Source of the DNA: Octopus vulgaris
Lineage: Eukaryota
Reading direction: 5' to 3'
NCBI GenBank assembly: GCA_951406725.2
Contig: OX597835.1
Coordinates: 13,640,001 to 13,704,000, forward strand
Length of the DNA stretch: 64,000 bases
Position 1 is the stretch's first letter; each line of letters starts with the position of its first letter. The position numbers and the translations under genes were made by a program. Of this stretch, positions 24,701 through 38,200 are shown piece by piece. Under the pieces are notes generated by a model. That model saw only the letters and a program-made list of their open reading frames with translations, did no database searches and had not been told where the DNA came from.

Positions 24701-25299
24701 TCTTTACCTGTATTAAAGGTTTGGACTTATACAACAATTGTTATAACCTTTGCTTGCCTCCATTGTTGTCTTCCTTTTGTTTAACATTTCTTCCACTGAA
24801 ATATATACACATACATATATATACACCCTCTCTTGCATACTTCCATTCACGTATTCATACACACACGCACACACCTTCTCTTTTGCTCTCTGTTTCTCTC
24901 CTGCATTGTGTCTTTGACTTTCTGTCCCTCTCTCCTTTGTTTCTCTTTTCCTCTCCTTTTGTCCCTCTTTCCCCCTGTCTCTCTTTCCCTTTCTCCCCAC
25001 CACCTCACTCTATTTGGTTGGTGGGGGGTTTAAAGATGCAGTAGGTTTACTTACTCATATCCTGAGTTGGCAGAAACTGAAAAAAAGTCTCTGCAATTGT
25101 CATTATTTCTTGCAATGAAATATTTTCTTTAGATGTTCATCAACAGAGATTTGGCTAACTTCAGAATCTATGCTAAATTCTTCAAAACAAATATATCACT
25201 ACAATAACAGCAACATACTTTTGCCTCCCTGAATAATCTGAATGCTAAAGTGTTAATCATTGTCACATCATTGTTTTTTTTTTTCTTTTTCTTTTCTAG

Positions 25300-25555
25300 T
25301 GGTGTCCATCACAAAGGAAAGGTTTGTAGCCCAGAAGCGAAAAAGAAAGCAGTTGAAAAACTATTGCTTGATAATAAACAAAACTTCTTCCCCAACGTTA
25401 TCACAATGGCTGGTGTTTCTGGCTTACGTCTACGCGATCCGAAGCCAAACGGAGGCTGGGGAGACTACAGGGACAGACAACTGTGTTACAGTTTCATCCA
25501 TAGAAACACTTCAGAATTGAGTTTTATTAAGAACCCTAATATCACAAGGTCTTAA
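25300..25555 (+). CDS. MGAT2: MGAT2 terminal coding exon, (C)GVHHKGKVC...PKPNGGWGDYRDRQLC...NITRS*
   Basis: T-rich ttctag acceptor in phase 2. CG.HH and NGGWGD.RD..LC motifs of the MGAT2 C-terminus. TAA at 25553-25555. Confidence 0.95.
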
Positions 25556-25648
25556 CGCTTCTCGGTTTTTGACATAGATTAAACAAATTTCTTCTTTTTT
25601 TTTTTTTCCTTTTGTTTCAAAATCTTGATAACATTGACCAAGCAATCC

Positions 25649-25654
25649 AATAAA
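25649..25654 (+). terminator. Candidate polyadenylation signal for MGAT2
   Basis: AATAAA about 95 nt after the stop. The hexamer is common in AT-rich DNA, so support is weak. Confidence 0.25.
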
Positions 25655-26294
25655 TAACATTTACTGTCTTGTCATAAATTGAAGAAGAAGATGATGGATG
25701 GAACCAAACCATTTTGATTCTACAAAAACAAAGGAAAAAAATAAAAGAAACGACAAGACGTACAGCGTGAAATGTGATCTCATCTAACTGACTCCATTTA
25801 ACAGTTATGGTTGGTGCTACACAGTCGACACAACCATTTCCCTACAATTACAGATACGGTAGAGACGAACAGACAGACGGACGGAAAGAAGGTGGCGTAG
25901 TCGTCTGAGATGTCTCTGCCCTTACTAAAAAAAAAAAAGGAAAAAAAACTGAATTAACAGGTTTGGTTTCCACTGCTGAACTAAAACGACCTGCTGGAAA
26001 CTGGAGTGTTAAGATCCTGTGATGTAATGTGAAAAAGAGAAAAAGGAAACAAAAACACACACAACAACAAAAAAAAACAACTGTTGCCTGGCTGTTTTAT
26101 CCTTTTTTTTTTTTTTTTTTTCCCTAACTTCCAATGTTCTATTGTTTGCCAATAGACCTTAACTGCTCATCATCTCAACTGGTGAAGTCTCATTCTTCTC
26201 GACTACTGCTCCGTTCTACCAAACATCCGCACATCATTGATAACCTGCCTTCTTACTCTGTGATTATTATCATTATTATTATTATTATTATTAG

Positions 26295-27090
26295 TATGGT
26301 GGCGAACTGGCAGAATCGTTAGCACGCCAGGCAAAATGCTTAGCAGTATTTCGTCCGTTGCTTCATTCTGAGTTCAAATTCCACCGAGATCTATAAATTA
26401 AGTACCAGTGAAACATTAGGTGGGGGGGTCAATGTAATCAACTAGTCCCCTCCTCCCAGATTTCAGGCCTTGTACCTATAGTAGAAAGGATTATTATTAT
26501 TAGGGTGGTGAGCTGGCAGAGCCATGAGCATGCCAGATGAAATGCTTCGTGGTATTTCATCTGTCTGCACATTCTGGGTTCAAATTCTGCCAAGGTCGAC
26601 TTTGCCTTTCAGGGTCGATTAAATAAGTACCCGTTATGCACTGGAGGGTCGATGTAACCCCCTCCCCCATTAGTAATTATTAAGATGGCAAACTGGCAGA
26701 ATCGTTAACGTGCCGCATAAAATGCTTAACGGTATTTCGTCCAGAGCTCAAATTCTGCCAAGGTTGAGTTTGCTTTTCATCTCTTTCAGGGTCGATAAAA
26801 TAAGTATCAGGCAAGCACTGGGGGGTCAATGTAATTGACTGGCCCACTCCCCTCAAAAACCTCAGGCCTTGTGCCTTCAGCAGAAATGATAATAATTACT
26901 ATTATTATTATTTTTATGCTTAACGGTATTTCGTCCGTCTGCACATTCTGAGTTCAAATTCCATCGAGGTTGATTTTGCCTTTTCCTTTCAGGGGTGATG
27001 AAGTAAGTACCAGTTATACATTTGGGGCCAATGTAATCAACTTATTCCTTCCCCACAAAATTTCTGGCCTTGTGCCTTCAGTAGAAAGGT
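26295..27090 (+). mobile_element. Cluster of family C SINEs separated by (ATT)n
   Basis: Four co-oriented units with the family C core. Confidence 0.75.
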
Positions 27091-27109
27091 CTATTATTAT
27101 TATTATTAT

Positions 27110-27344
27110 TGGTTGTATACTGTCAATCTAACAAGGACGTGACAGTAGGGGGTACACCACCGCTGTTAAGCCCTAGGAAGCATCGAACGCCTCCTGATAG
27201 CTTTGACACATTTTTCCCTGTGTCCTTATATACATATATAAAATGTGTCAAAGCCATCAGGAGGCGTTCGATGCTTCCTAGGGCTATACAGCGGTGGTGT
27301 ACCCCCTACTGTCATGTTCTTGTTAGATTGACAGTATACAACCA
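27110..27344. repeat. Fold-back element, about 104-bp arms and 27-nt loop
   Basis: TGGTTGTATACTGTCAATCTAAC...GACACATTT is mirrored with about 5 substitutions. Confidence 0.95.
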
Positions 27345-28760
27345 TTCTATCGCCCCACCACCGTACATGTCTCTACGAGAGATTTAGAAATTCAATATTT
27401 CTTCTTCTTCTTATTATTATTATTATTAATCAATAATACCACAGTGGTTTGGCAAAAATCAGATGGCGGAAACTGGAATAAAATGCCTTGCAGTAATCTC
27501 TAGATTTTTTTTTTTTTGCCCTTTTTTTTTGCCCCTTTAAATTCTGAGTTTAAATCATGCCAGGGTCAACTTTGCCTTTCATTTCTCAACAGTTGATAAA
27601 TACTTTTATTATGATTAATCTTATGATTATTATTATTATTTTTTTTTTTGGGTTAATTTTATTTTCTATTATTATTATTGAGGCGGTGAGCTGGCAGAAT
27701 CGTTAGCACACTGGACAAAACGCTTTAGAGGCATTTTGTTCGGTTCTTTACGGTCTGAGTTCAAATCCTGCTGAGGTCAACTTTGCCTTTCATCCTTTCG
27801 AGGTCAACAAAGTAAAGTACCAGTCATGTACTAGGGGTCAGTGTAACCGACTTGTCCCCCACTCCACTTGAAAATTGCCGGCCTTGTGCCAAAATTTGAA
27901 ACCATTATTTTTTTTTTTTTTTTTTCACTATTATTAATTTTATGACTTGATTTTATTCTTTCAATGTATTATTTATTTTTTTTTTTTTCCATTATTATTA
28001 TTTTCCACCATATCTGCTGACTTCAATGGAATCAATTCTTTATCTGGCTGTGGAAAATTTCCCCTTAACTTTTTTTTTTTTAATTTTTTCTTGCCAATGT
28101 CTTTTTCTAAAAAAAAAAAAAAAAAGAAAGAAAAAAAAAACTATATTTTGGTCTGGCTTCATTTGATTGTGGGCGGTGAAATTGCTAATAATAATAATGA
28201 TAATAATAATAAAGAACCCAGTTAGAATTTTTTTTTTTTTTTTTTTGTAAATTTCTCCTATCATATTCTGATCCCCCACCTGCCCCCTCCTCCTCTCACC
28301 ACCACTACCCATCCACTTCCACCACTGCTAAACAACTGAGGCAAGACATCATTGCTACGCTAAAGCAAGCAGGCTATTCTGAAAAAAAAAAAAAATGGAA
28401 TATGGCCATGATTTTTTAATGTCACACTTCTTGGGAGATGAGAGAGAGAAGGACAGAGAGAGAGAGGGGTGAAAAACAGAGTGAGAGAGAGTGGGAGAAA
28501 GGAAGAAGAGAGAGATTCCTTTGTCTATTACATAAGGGACCCCCTAATGAAATTCTACAAGGCCAGAACCTGTTTCGGATCTTGTAGAATTTACTCCCAA
28601 AATTCAAAAGAATGTCAGGTATTTTTTTTTTAAGACCCCTGCCACATATTTACAAGTTGACCCCTTATAGACCCTCCTGATTAAATATTTAAATGCAGTT
28701 CTAGAACCTACTCATCCCCCCCCCCCCCATATGTGACCCATCATCATACAATTCTACAAT

Positions 28761-28986
28761 TTAACCCTTTGGCATTCGGCCATATCCAGCCCAAATATTC
28801 TCCCTGTTCTTGTATGTTCAAACTGGTCGGATCCAGCCTCTCACACCAATCCGAGAGTGTCATTCTCAATATAAACAATCACATCATTGAGCTCTCAAAG
28901 CTAAAAAATAATGCAGGATTAATTGTAAACAAGGTGAATAAACAAGCATTATATTGGTCAGATAATCTGAATGCTAAAAGGGTTAA
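28761..28986. mobile_element. TTAA-flanked piggyBac-type MITE
   Basis: TTAA|CCCTTTGGCATTC...AATGCTAAAAGGG|TTAA. Confidence 0.7.
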
Positions 28987-29527
28987 GGGCTACATCAATG
29001 TTTGTGTCTCCTAATTTTTTTCCTGGAATTTACAAGAAATTTCCATCTCTGAAACCAAATTACTGGGCTGTTGCAATGTTTTACTGATCTATTACTAATA
29101 ATGGTCCTAGAATCATAGAAAAATGTTATTCGATTAGACTAGTTCGTTAATGGTTCCAAGAGAAGCTATGCTTTTGACTAGTATGTATAATTGTGTCTTT
29201 CACTGGTTACTCTTACCCTGAGCAGATAAGGTTATCATGTCAGACTAATGAACAGCACTTTTGGTGCTTACTCTTGTCTTTCTATAACTAGGAGCAACAT
29301 TATTTATGTTTGCTAAGATTTTCATCTTGAAAACCATGAGAGGGAATAAGGAATGAAATGGTAACCTCGGTCATATTACACACACACACATATATACATA
29401 AGCACAGGTACACACACTCTTACAGACACGTTTTTACTTTTATCTAATGTACATAGATGTAAACATATATACATTCACACACGAACATACACACACACAT
29501 GCATGCAAACAAACACATACACACATT

Positions 29528-29890
29528 TTGTTTCAGTCATTTGACTGCGGCCATGCTGGAGCACTGCCTTTTAGTCAATCAAATCAACCCCAGGACTTAT
29601 TCTTTGTAAGCCTAGTACTTATCATATCAGTCTCTTTTGCTGAACCGCTAAGTTACAGGGATGTAAACACACCAGCATTGGTTGTCAAGTGATGATAGGG
29701 GGATAAACACAGGCACACAATCATACACACATATGATGGGCTTCTTTCAGTTTCCGTCTACCAAATCCACTCACAAGGCTTTGGTAAGCCCAAGGCTACA
29801 GTAGAAGACACTTACTTGCCCAAGGTGCTTTGCAGTGGGACTGAACCTAGAGTCATGTGGTTGGTAAGCGAGCTACTTACCACACAGCCG
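29528..29890 (-). mobile_element. Family A SINE
   Basis: Colinear with 19707-20105. Confidence 0.8.
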
Positions 29891-31781
29891 CCACTTTCAT
29901 TATTCATTCACATATGGAATTGGTTAAAAGTGGAATGAAAGATTTTCTCTTTCCTTTCCCCGTTCCTTAAATGAAAAATATATTTCATTCAGGGTCTTCC
30001 GAAACAAGAGTCTTTAAATTAATTAGCACAACATCATCATGACAACAACGATGATGATGGTGATAATTATAATTAACAACAAAAAAGGGCGGTGGGGGAA
30101 TGTTACTGGTGACAAAACAAGGTGATCAGAGGTGGGTATTAATAACCTATATTGAAACGAACTATTTAACCTGAGGTCATCTGACCTGGTTGATAATTTT
30201 TTCTGAAAGCAGAGTATCAGTCTGTTGCCATCGTTAAGCAATTAACTTATCTTTATACTTAAAGCAGTCTGTCATTATCTTAAACTAACTTACCTTTATA
30301 CAGATACAATCTACCTTGATTGTTGTTGTTGTTGTGTATTTCTGATAAGAAATCCACTGATAAAGAAATGGAGTCCGGGGAGGGGGGGTAAGGAATTGTT
30401 CAGAGTAAACAAGTTGAACTGATGAGAGTAACCTTTACAATAAAGTCTATGAAATGTCATAACATTATAAGAGAGAGACTGTCCTGAATAGTGACCACCA
30501 CCAATAACATTGCTGCTGCTGCTACTACTACTACAACCATTGTCTCTACTATAGCTACTAGTGTCCCACCTTCATACAAATTCTATTTCCTTCCTAATTC
30601 CTTGTCGTTTTGTCTTCAGAAATGTCCTGGCAAAATTGTCGGCATGGCAGACAATATGCTTTGAAGCATTTCATTTGTTTCTAATATTCTGAATTCAAAT
30701 TCCACCAAGATCACCTTTCATCCTTGACATACAAGGACTCAAGCTTTGAGAGAACCTGGACATGGTTGGCTAACTTGTTAGAAACAGCAGCCAAACCTTC
30801 CTCACATCATAGTCCACTCTCTTGATAAGATTCGAAGACATTATACCTGAAACACAGATGGGATGGTCATGGATGGAACCCTTTAGAACAACAAATCTAT
30901 CCAATGAGGAGTGACCTGGGATTTAACAATAATAGCTACTCCAATTTAAATTCTATTTAATTCATAACCTACACTGTTCAAATATATTGATAATCAAATA
31001 TTATTCCTTACTTCGTTTGAGATTTCTCTTTTCCAGTTTATCGTCCTCATCATTTAACATCCAGTTTCCAAGTTAGCGTGGGTTGGGTAGTTTGGCAGGA
31101 ACTGACAGTCAGAAGAATGTGTCAAGCCCCAGTGTCTGCTTTGACAAGATTTCTATGGCTGGATGTCCTTCCTACTGCCAACCACTTTACAGAGTGTAGT
31201 GGGTGCTTTTTATGTTGCACCAGCACCAGTGGGGTCACCAAGTAACTGACAAAGGCCAAAAACATGAAAAAAGAAAGATCCCTTGACTGAGGAAGGTTTG
31301 AGAGTCTAAACTATGATAGGGGGACAGAAACTGTCTAGCTGTGGTAGAGGTGCATGGTTACCCAACGTTATATAAGGATGGGTGGGAACAGTTGGAAAGA
31401 ATAGTTCAACCACAAGGTATGAGAAGGTGAAACAATAATTAAAGATTCTTCTTGCAGTCTTCATTGAAATATATTTACTCTCATTGCACAGACCCCTAAA
31501 TTGGTTTCTACAATGTTCTCTATAACAACGTTTGTAAATTCAGACTCCCCACATCCTGACTTTTGTTTTCTTTTGTGGTGGTGGTGATGAGAGAATAGGG
31601 GAGGAGGGAGGTTGGCTAAGACATTTCATTAGGGAAGGTGAAGGAAATTAATTTTTATTTTCCATATAATAACTAAATTATAAACAATCCCAATCCGAAA
31701 TATTCCAAGAGCTCCCTATTTACTAATTAAGGAAACATTTGAATTAATGATGTCACATCACTGCCTTTATATAATTATATA

Positions 31782-32198
31782 TCGTTGCTATTATGTTAAA
31801 CTGTCGTATGTCCAAACTTGGCCAAATGCATTTAAACATTTTTTTTTTTTTTTGCAATATTTAATTTTGCTTGCAATAGCCGGTTCTTCTGGTCAGACTA
31901 TCGTATCTCCAGCTGCTTTCGCATGCCAAGATATCAAAAATTTTCAAAGTGTAGTACAACGGTTTAGCATTTTGCAAGAGTGTAGTAAGTCCCACATACA
32001 ACAGTTTTGCAAAAATATATTTCTGACTGAAAATATCATACATGCATGGAGTTACGATTTTATGCATCCAACAAAGTATTATTGTTAAGCTGAAACTATT
32101 GCTAATGTATAAAGAAAGGGAATGGTAAAATTTTTTTTTTTTCGTTTTCTGAAAAAGCAACATTTTAGACTTACGACACTTTTACATAATAGCAACGA
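31782..32198. mobile_element. MITE with about 35-bp imperfect TIRs
   Basis: TCGTTGCTATTATGTTAAACTGTCGTA mirrored by TACGACACTTTTACATAATAGCAACGA. Partial second copy at about 40585-40763. Confidence 0.7.
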
Positions 32199-32299
32199 GA
32201 TTATATATATATAAATAAGGATAAGATTGTTATTTAAATACCGATCTTATCAGGTGGCTAGCATGGGAATAAAAACCTCAAAGGTAATAATTATTATTA

Positions 32300-32495
32300 A
32301 AATTATAATTAAGGGTATCTAAGAGATACCACCATGCTAGATATAGCAGCCAAAACTTGACTCTAAAACCACATTAAATGTTCATACAGCACTTCTCTCT
32401 TGGTGCTGTATGAGTATTTAATGTGTTTTAGAGTCAAGTTTTGGCTGCTATATCTAGCATGGTTGATATCTCTTAAATACCCTTAATTATAATTT
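32300..32495. repeat. Fold-back hairpin, about 92-bp arms and 10-nt loop
   Basis: ATTATAATTAAGGGTAT...CATACAGCAC mirrored by GTGCTGTATG...ATACCCTTAATTATAAT. Confidence 0.93.
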
Positions 32496-33215
32496 ATATA
32501 TATATAATATTTTATTTTAGTCAAGTCAGCCTCTTTCTACCCTGAGGTTCACTTGCAGGTATGTATGATCTTCAGGCAAGTTGTGAAGGGAAAATTTAAG
32601 GGGTTTGCACACTAGTTTAATGCTGAGCAGTATTTCGTCTGTCGTTACGTTGAGAGTTCAAATTCCGCCGAGGTCGACTTTGCCTTTCATCCTTTCGGGG
32701 GTCGATAAATTAAGTACCAGTTGTGCACTGGGGTCGATGTAATCGACTTAATACCTTTGTCTGTCCTTGTTTGTCCCCTCTATGTTTAGCTCCTTGTGGG
32801 TAGTAAAGAAATAGGTATATGTAGTTGATGAGTCATAAGATGTGATAGTGGGGAGAAAGTATGATGAATGGAGAATTACATCCATTTAGTATTAACTGGG
32901 GAGGTGGGGATACTACCCTGGTAGAGATCAGTGACATTTTATTTGGGGTGAAAATGTGCAAACCATCATTTTCCAGCCGCAATTTGCCTGAATACCTTGG
33001 ATGCCTACAAATGAAACTCAGAGTAGCGAGATGTCTTGTCTTAAATAAAATAACAATTTCTGCCAAGGTTTTGAGTATTTTCCATATCATTTATACTAAT
33101 TTGTATATTATGATTAAATTTAGTGATGTGACTTATAGAAAACATAAGTTTAACCATCATTCATGTGTGTGTGTGTGTGTGTGTGTATAGTAGAATAAGA
33201 AAGTCCTCGACCCAG

Positions 33216-33246
<31 letters not shown>

Positions 33247-33346
33247 CTTTATTTAAAGCAGCAGAAAATTCAACAAAATCTGTTACTCTGAGTTTCTCAT
33301 TGCCGAGTAACAGATTTTGTTGAATTTTCTGCTGCTTTAAATAAAG
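33247..33346. repeat. Perfect 42-bp hairpin between (TA)n runs
   Basis: CTTTATTTAAAGCAGCAGAAAATTCAACAAAATCTGTTACTC, a 16-nt loop, then its reverse complement. Confidence 0.95.
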
Positions 33347-33417
33347 CATATTACTCTACCACTGGTATTTGAGTACTCTTTTTTCCACCTTGTTTCACAT
33401 TTATGTGTTTACTCCAG

Positions 33418-33451
<34 letters not shown>

Positions 33452-33597
33452 AAAAACTGAATGGAAATTACTTTACTGATAATTTTCCCGTTTTAATAAT
33501 TCGACGTCCATAATCGATTTGTAAACACAAATTTATAAACATTTAATTATTAAAGTGGAAAAAAATTATCAGAAAAGCCTTTTCTATTCATTTTTTC

Positions 33598-33633
<36 letters not shown>

Positions 33634-34867
33634 CTATATGTGTGTGTATGAAAATGAGAGAGAAGGTACCACATGTTTGAGGTTTATCAATTTAGCTCCG
33701 ATTGCAAAGAAAACTTAAAACTTTTAACTTCACAGCCAGATTCTGTAAACATGTATGAGAGTTGGGCAGTTCACGTTCACTCCTTTTGTTGACCATCTCT
33801 GGCCAGCCAGATAAAAGTGCTCTTCAGCTAGCCAAAAGGACAAATGTACAAAGGCTTGACTACTGCTGTATAAAAAACCCTTATTCTTTATACTACTATT
33901 ATTATTATTATTATTATTATTATCATCATCAAAATTATTATTATTATTATTATTATTTTAATGATTTATATTGATGAAGTTTCTTTTTATATCTAGCACA
34001 TGTATACTACCATGTATATGAAAGACATGTATAAGCAATACTGAAACAAAACAAAAAAAATCAAAATCACCAAAAAAAAAAAAAGAGAGAGCGAGAGAGA
34101 AAATAATGAAAAGAAAAATAATGACAAAGTCGTTAATTAGACAATTTGGACAATAAGAAAAAGAAAAAAACACAATGATAATATTCTTAAAGGTTATTAT
34201 CTTTATATTTTTTTTAACAAGATTCGAAGACAAACCAACAAAAAAAAAAAAATATTGTCAACATTTTTTGTAGCCTAAAAGACATTTCTGCTATGTAAGT
34301 GGGTTTTTTTTTTTTTTGTGTTTTTGTGTTATTTTTTTTTTAATATTTTTTATTTTTTAAATTATCTTTCTAACATTTACTGTGTTGAAGATTCATTTAC
34401 TGTGTATAAATATATATATATATATATATATATAATGTGTGTGTATCTGTGTATGTATATCTATATATGAATGTATATGTATACATGTGTGTGTATGAGT
34501 ATATGTATATATGTGTGTATAAGTGTATGTATATATGTGTATGAGTATATGTATATAGGTATGTGTATGAGTGTATACGTATAGACATACGTCTGGATGT
34601 ATATGTTTATATATATATATGTGTGTGTGTGTGTGTTTATGAATGTACATCTATGTATATGTGCTATGTGTGTGTATGTATATATATATTTATATATATG
34701 TATGTGTGTGTGTGTGTACTTATATAAATACAAGCATATAACTTACACAGGGGGGACTGAAATACTTTAAATATTACATAGATTTTTCCATAATGTGTGT
34801 TCACAAGTTAAAACCAATGTCGAATACAATAATATAATTTTATGAAGTTATATGATAATAATAATAA

Positions 34868-35252
34868 CTAGCAGTATCGCCCGGCGTTGCTCAGGTTTGT
34901 AAGGGAAATAACTATAAAGCATTTTTAGAGAGTTATAGCCAAAAGATAGCAAAAAGATGGGAAAAAATGATGGTAAATTTTTTTTTGAGAGTTAAAAAAT
35001 GTGGAGTTGCGTCCCCTAGACAGTTTGCGGTTTGTGTTTCTGATTCTCGACCCCATGTCGAATTTATCGATTTTTTTCAGAACTGGGGGAACTTTTCAAA
35101 ATTTTCGCTGCGTTAGTTTTGAATTATGACATTGGGCTATGTGTGTGTCAAGTTTCATCAGAATCGGTTGAAAGCCGTGGTCAGGGTGAGGGTACAAGAA
35201 AACAGACACACAGAAACACGCACAGACAAACTGCCGTTTATATAGAGAGAGA
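34868..35252 (-). mobile_element. Non-autonomous Helitron (second body type)
   Basis: Same 3' hairpin and CTAG end as 18604-19116. Body nearly identical to 42594-42962. Confidence 0.85.
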
Positions 35253-38200
35253 TTATACTCGATATCCATTTTAACTATATTTCATGCTGGGTAGCATAAA
35301 TTAAAGGGAGACAACTAGAGTATATGTAATAGCTGAATAACTTTTAGTAATATTTACAACTTTGATATTTGCCACAGGCACACTAAAGGAAGGCGTGGCA
35401 CATTACGTTACAATGTTATATAAAGGAATTGTGACATCACTTGATGCGCTCTTTCTGGAGCTGGGGAAATAAATTTCCAGTCGAGAACTGGACTGAGCCT
35501 TCCTCATCCCTCTCTCTTTTGAACTTACTGGCTTTGTGCCTTGATTAGAGATGCAATTAAGGTAACGAGTGGTAGGTGTTCTGAAATAAGCAATACAGAA
35601 CTTGGAATTCACTAATGTGTATACACACACACACACATTATATATATGGTTGGAATTTACAAAAAACAAAAGATTAAGACAGGTGTGTAAACAACAGGTG
35701 TATTAGTTTAACACTCAGGAAGGTAAGAAAGTCTTACATTTCGAGCACATATGTATGTATGTTATGTATGTGTGCGTGTATGTATGTATGTATATATATA
35801 TATGCATATATATGTGTGCGTATGTATGTATATATATACATATATGCATATACATGCATATATATATATGCATATACATACATATATATACATATATGCA
35901 TATATATACATACATATATGCATATATATACATATACACACAAATGCACTGACATGTACAGACGCCTGTGTATAGCATATACAGATATACATACATATCC
36001 ATACAAATGTGCATACATTTAAATATTTTGTATGTGTAAATGATACACACACACACATATATGTATGTTTGTATATATATGCATATATATATATACACAC
36101 ACACATATATATGATGCCGTTATATATGCATACATGTGTGTTTGAGTCTGTTCTGCTTTGTCTGTCTATACTTGTGTATACATGTGTGTGAGGGTGAAAA
36201 TGATTGGGTTTGTATATGTTATATTTCGTAGGAGAGCAAAGCGTGCCTGGACTGTCCGACTGTCACCAATCTGCTGTGAAAAACATTGCCTCACAACTTC
36301 ATTTACTTTTGTTTCATGTTGTTTCGTTTCTTTCTTTCTCATTTTTCCCCTTTCTTATTGTTCCAGCCTTAAATGTTAAAGTAAAGTTTTTGTATTATTT
36401 ACAATTTATAATCCCCTTGCTATGTCCCCCCTCTCCACCCAAACCCATCTGACCCCCCCCCAATCAATTTACTAGACACTTTCTATTGATAAGCTAGCTC
36501 TGTCTGGTTGTGTCAGCCCCCCTTAAAAGCAACAATCATAACCATTCCTTAGAATTAACACAACCAATTAATAATATCCGTCTTGATTAGATGCTGCATA
36601 TTTAGCGTTGATAATTAACGTAATCAACGACCTTCATTAAAAATCACTTTAGCATGGAATCGAAACTGTATCCTGAACTTATGTCCTGAATTTATTGCCA
36701 GGTCCATAGTAATACCCAACCAAGGAGTTAATTATGTCTCTCTGATGTTGTATTAATTAATAATTATCAATAGATGAAACATTTGAAGTAGATTTATCAA
36801 TTTTAAGAGTTCGTCAAATGGCTATAACGAAGTTGAATTTATTATGTATGTGTGTGTTTATACATATTATGTATGACGTGCATGTATATATGTTTGTTAT
36901 ACTAAAGTAGGTACATCATCATCGTCACATAAATTGTATACACATGTTTATATACATTAACTGTATACACACATTCATATACATACATATTGTTTTCAAG
37001 TGTTTCGTTGCAATGTGAAAGAAAACCATTTTCTTTATTCAATCAAAACGCTATTTCCTTTAATTATTCTTTAATCTTTAAACAATTCTTTAATCTTCTT
37101 CAGATTATAAACTAAACAACTTCAGTTTCAGAAAAAAAAACAAATCCTTTTTTTTTTTTTCTTAATTATTTTCTCCTCTTCTTTTTCTCTTCATTTTCTC
37201 ACAGGGTGCCTCACTTCCAATCATTTTAGACAGAAAACCCTCTCCTTTAGTCTACAAAGTATACATAAGAACAGATACCACTAAGCTATCATTTCATTTT
37301 TCTTTATATTCTTCCCAATTTCGAGCTAACCTCTCCAGCGCTATTAACCTTCAACATTTCACACAATTGATATCCAATCCCCATGACCACCTCCTACAAT
37401 TTCTATATTTTCTGCTGTCTTTTGTTATGAAAGCTGAAATATATCTTCCACTTTTTTTTCTCTTCAAGCATTTATAAAACTAAAATCTTTTGATATTTTT
37501 CGAAGCTGCTGAGAAACACGTTTTTTTCTTCTTTTTTTTTCCTTCCTCCTCCTCCTCCTTTTAGTCTACAAAGTTTCTTATTCCTTAACTTCATTCTAAG
37601 AGATTCTGCCATCCATATTCTTACTCTTTCATGAGGAATAAAACTTTGGAGTAGTTTGCACAAATCAGATTATCTATAGACAGAACCTGTGAACTATTCC
37701 AAACTCCCTGTTGAAGTCATGGGTTTATTTGAGCCAAGCAATCATTGATCACTTTTGGAATCTCTCTGCAACAAATTCTTCAAATTATCTGGTCCATTTC
37801 TACTATAAGTCTAGAAGTTCCTTTATCGTAGTTCTTAAGCCATTTAGTTCCTATAAGAAATCTCCTTCAATATTTCTGACCCCTTAAGAATTTGAGTAGT
37901 TAAATCATTCTAATTTACAGTTAGAATAAGTCATCTAAGAGGAAGAATGGTTACTAAACATCATAGGGCAAAAAACACAAAAAAAAAGTTTGTACAATAT
38001 TCCTTGTGACTGCTAAATTGCTAAGGAACAAAAAAAAAAAAAAAAGAGAGAAACAGAGATAATTGCCTTCCTGTCTGTCCCTAATTAGACCATCATTAAA
38101 CTGTCCCCTATCATAAACTAACATTAGCCAACTTGAAGAAACAAAAGGATCAGACCCAAACCCTTCAAAAGAACAAAACCATAATAAGAAGAACAACCAC

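Noticed and set aside
30304-30387. 84-nt open candidate exon in phase with the 32521 micro-exon
   Set aside because: The peptide (TIYLDCCCCCVF...) derives from a (TGT)n microsatellite and the donor follows a G run. It is not credible as coding without RNA data.
37200-37920. Coding-looking minus-strand stretch
   Set aside because: There are multiple stops in all frames and no motif I can assign. It may be a very old retroelement.
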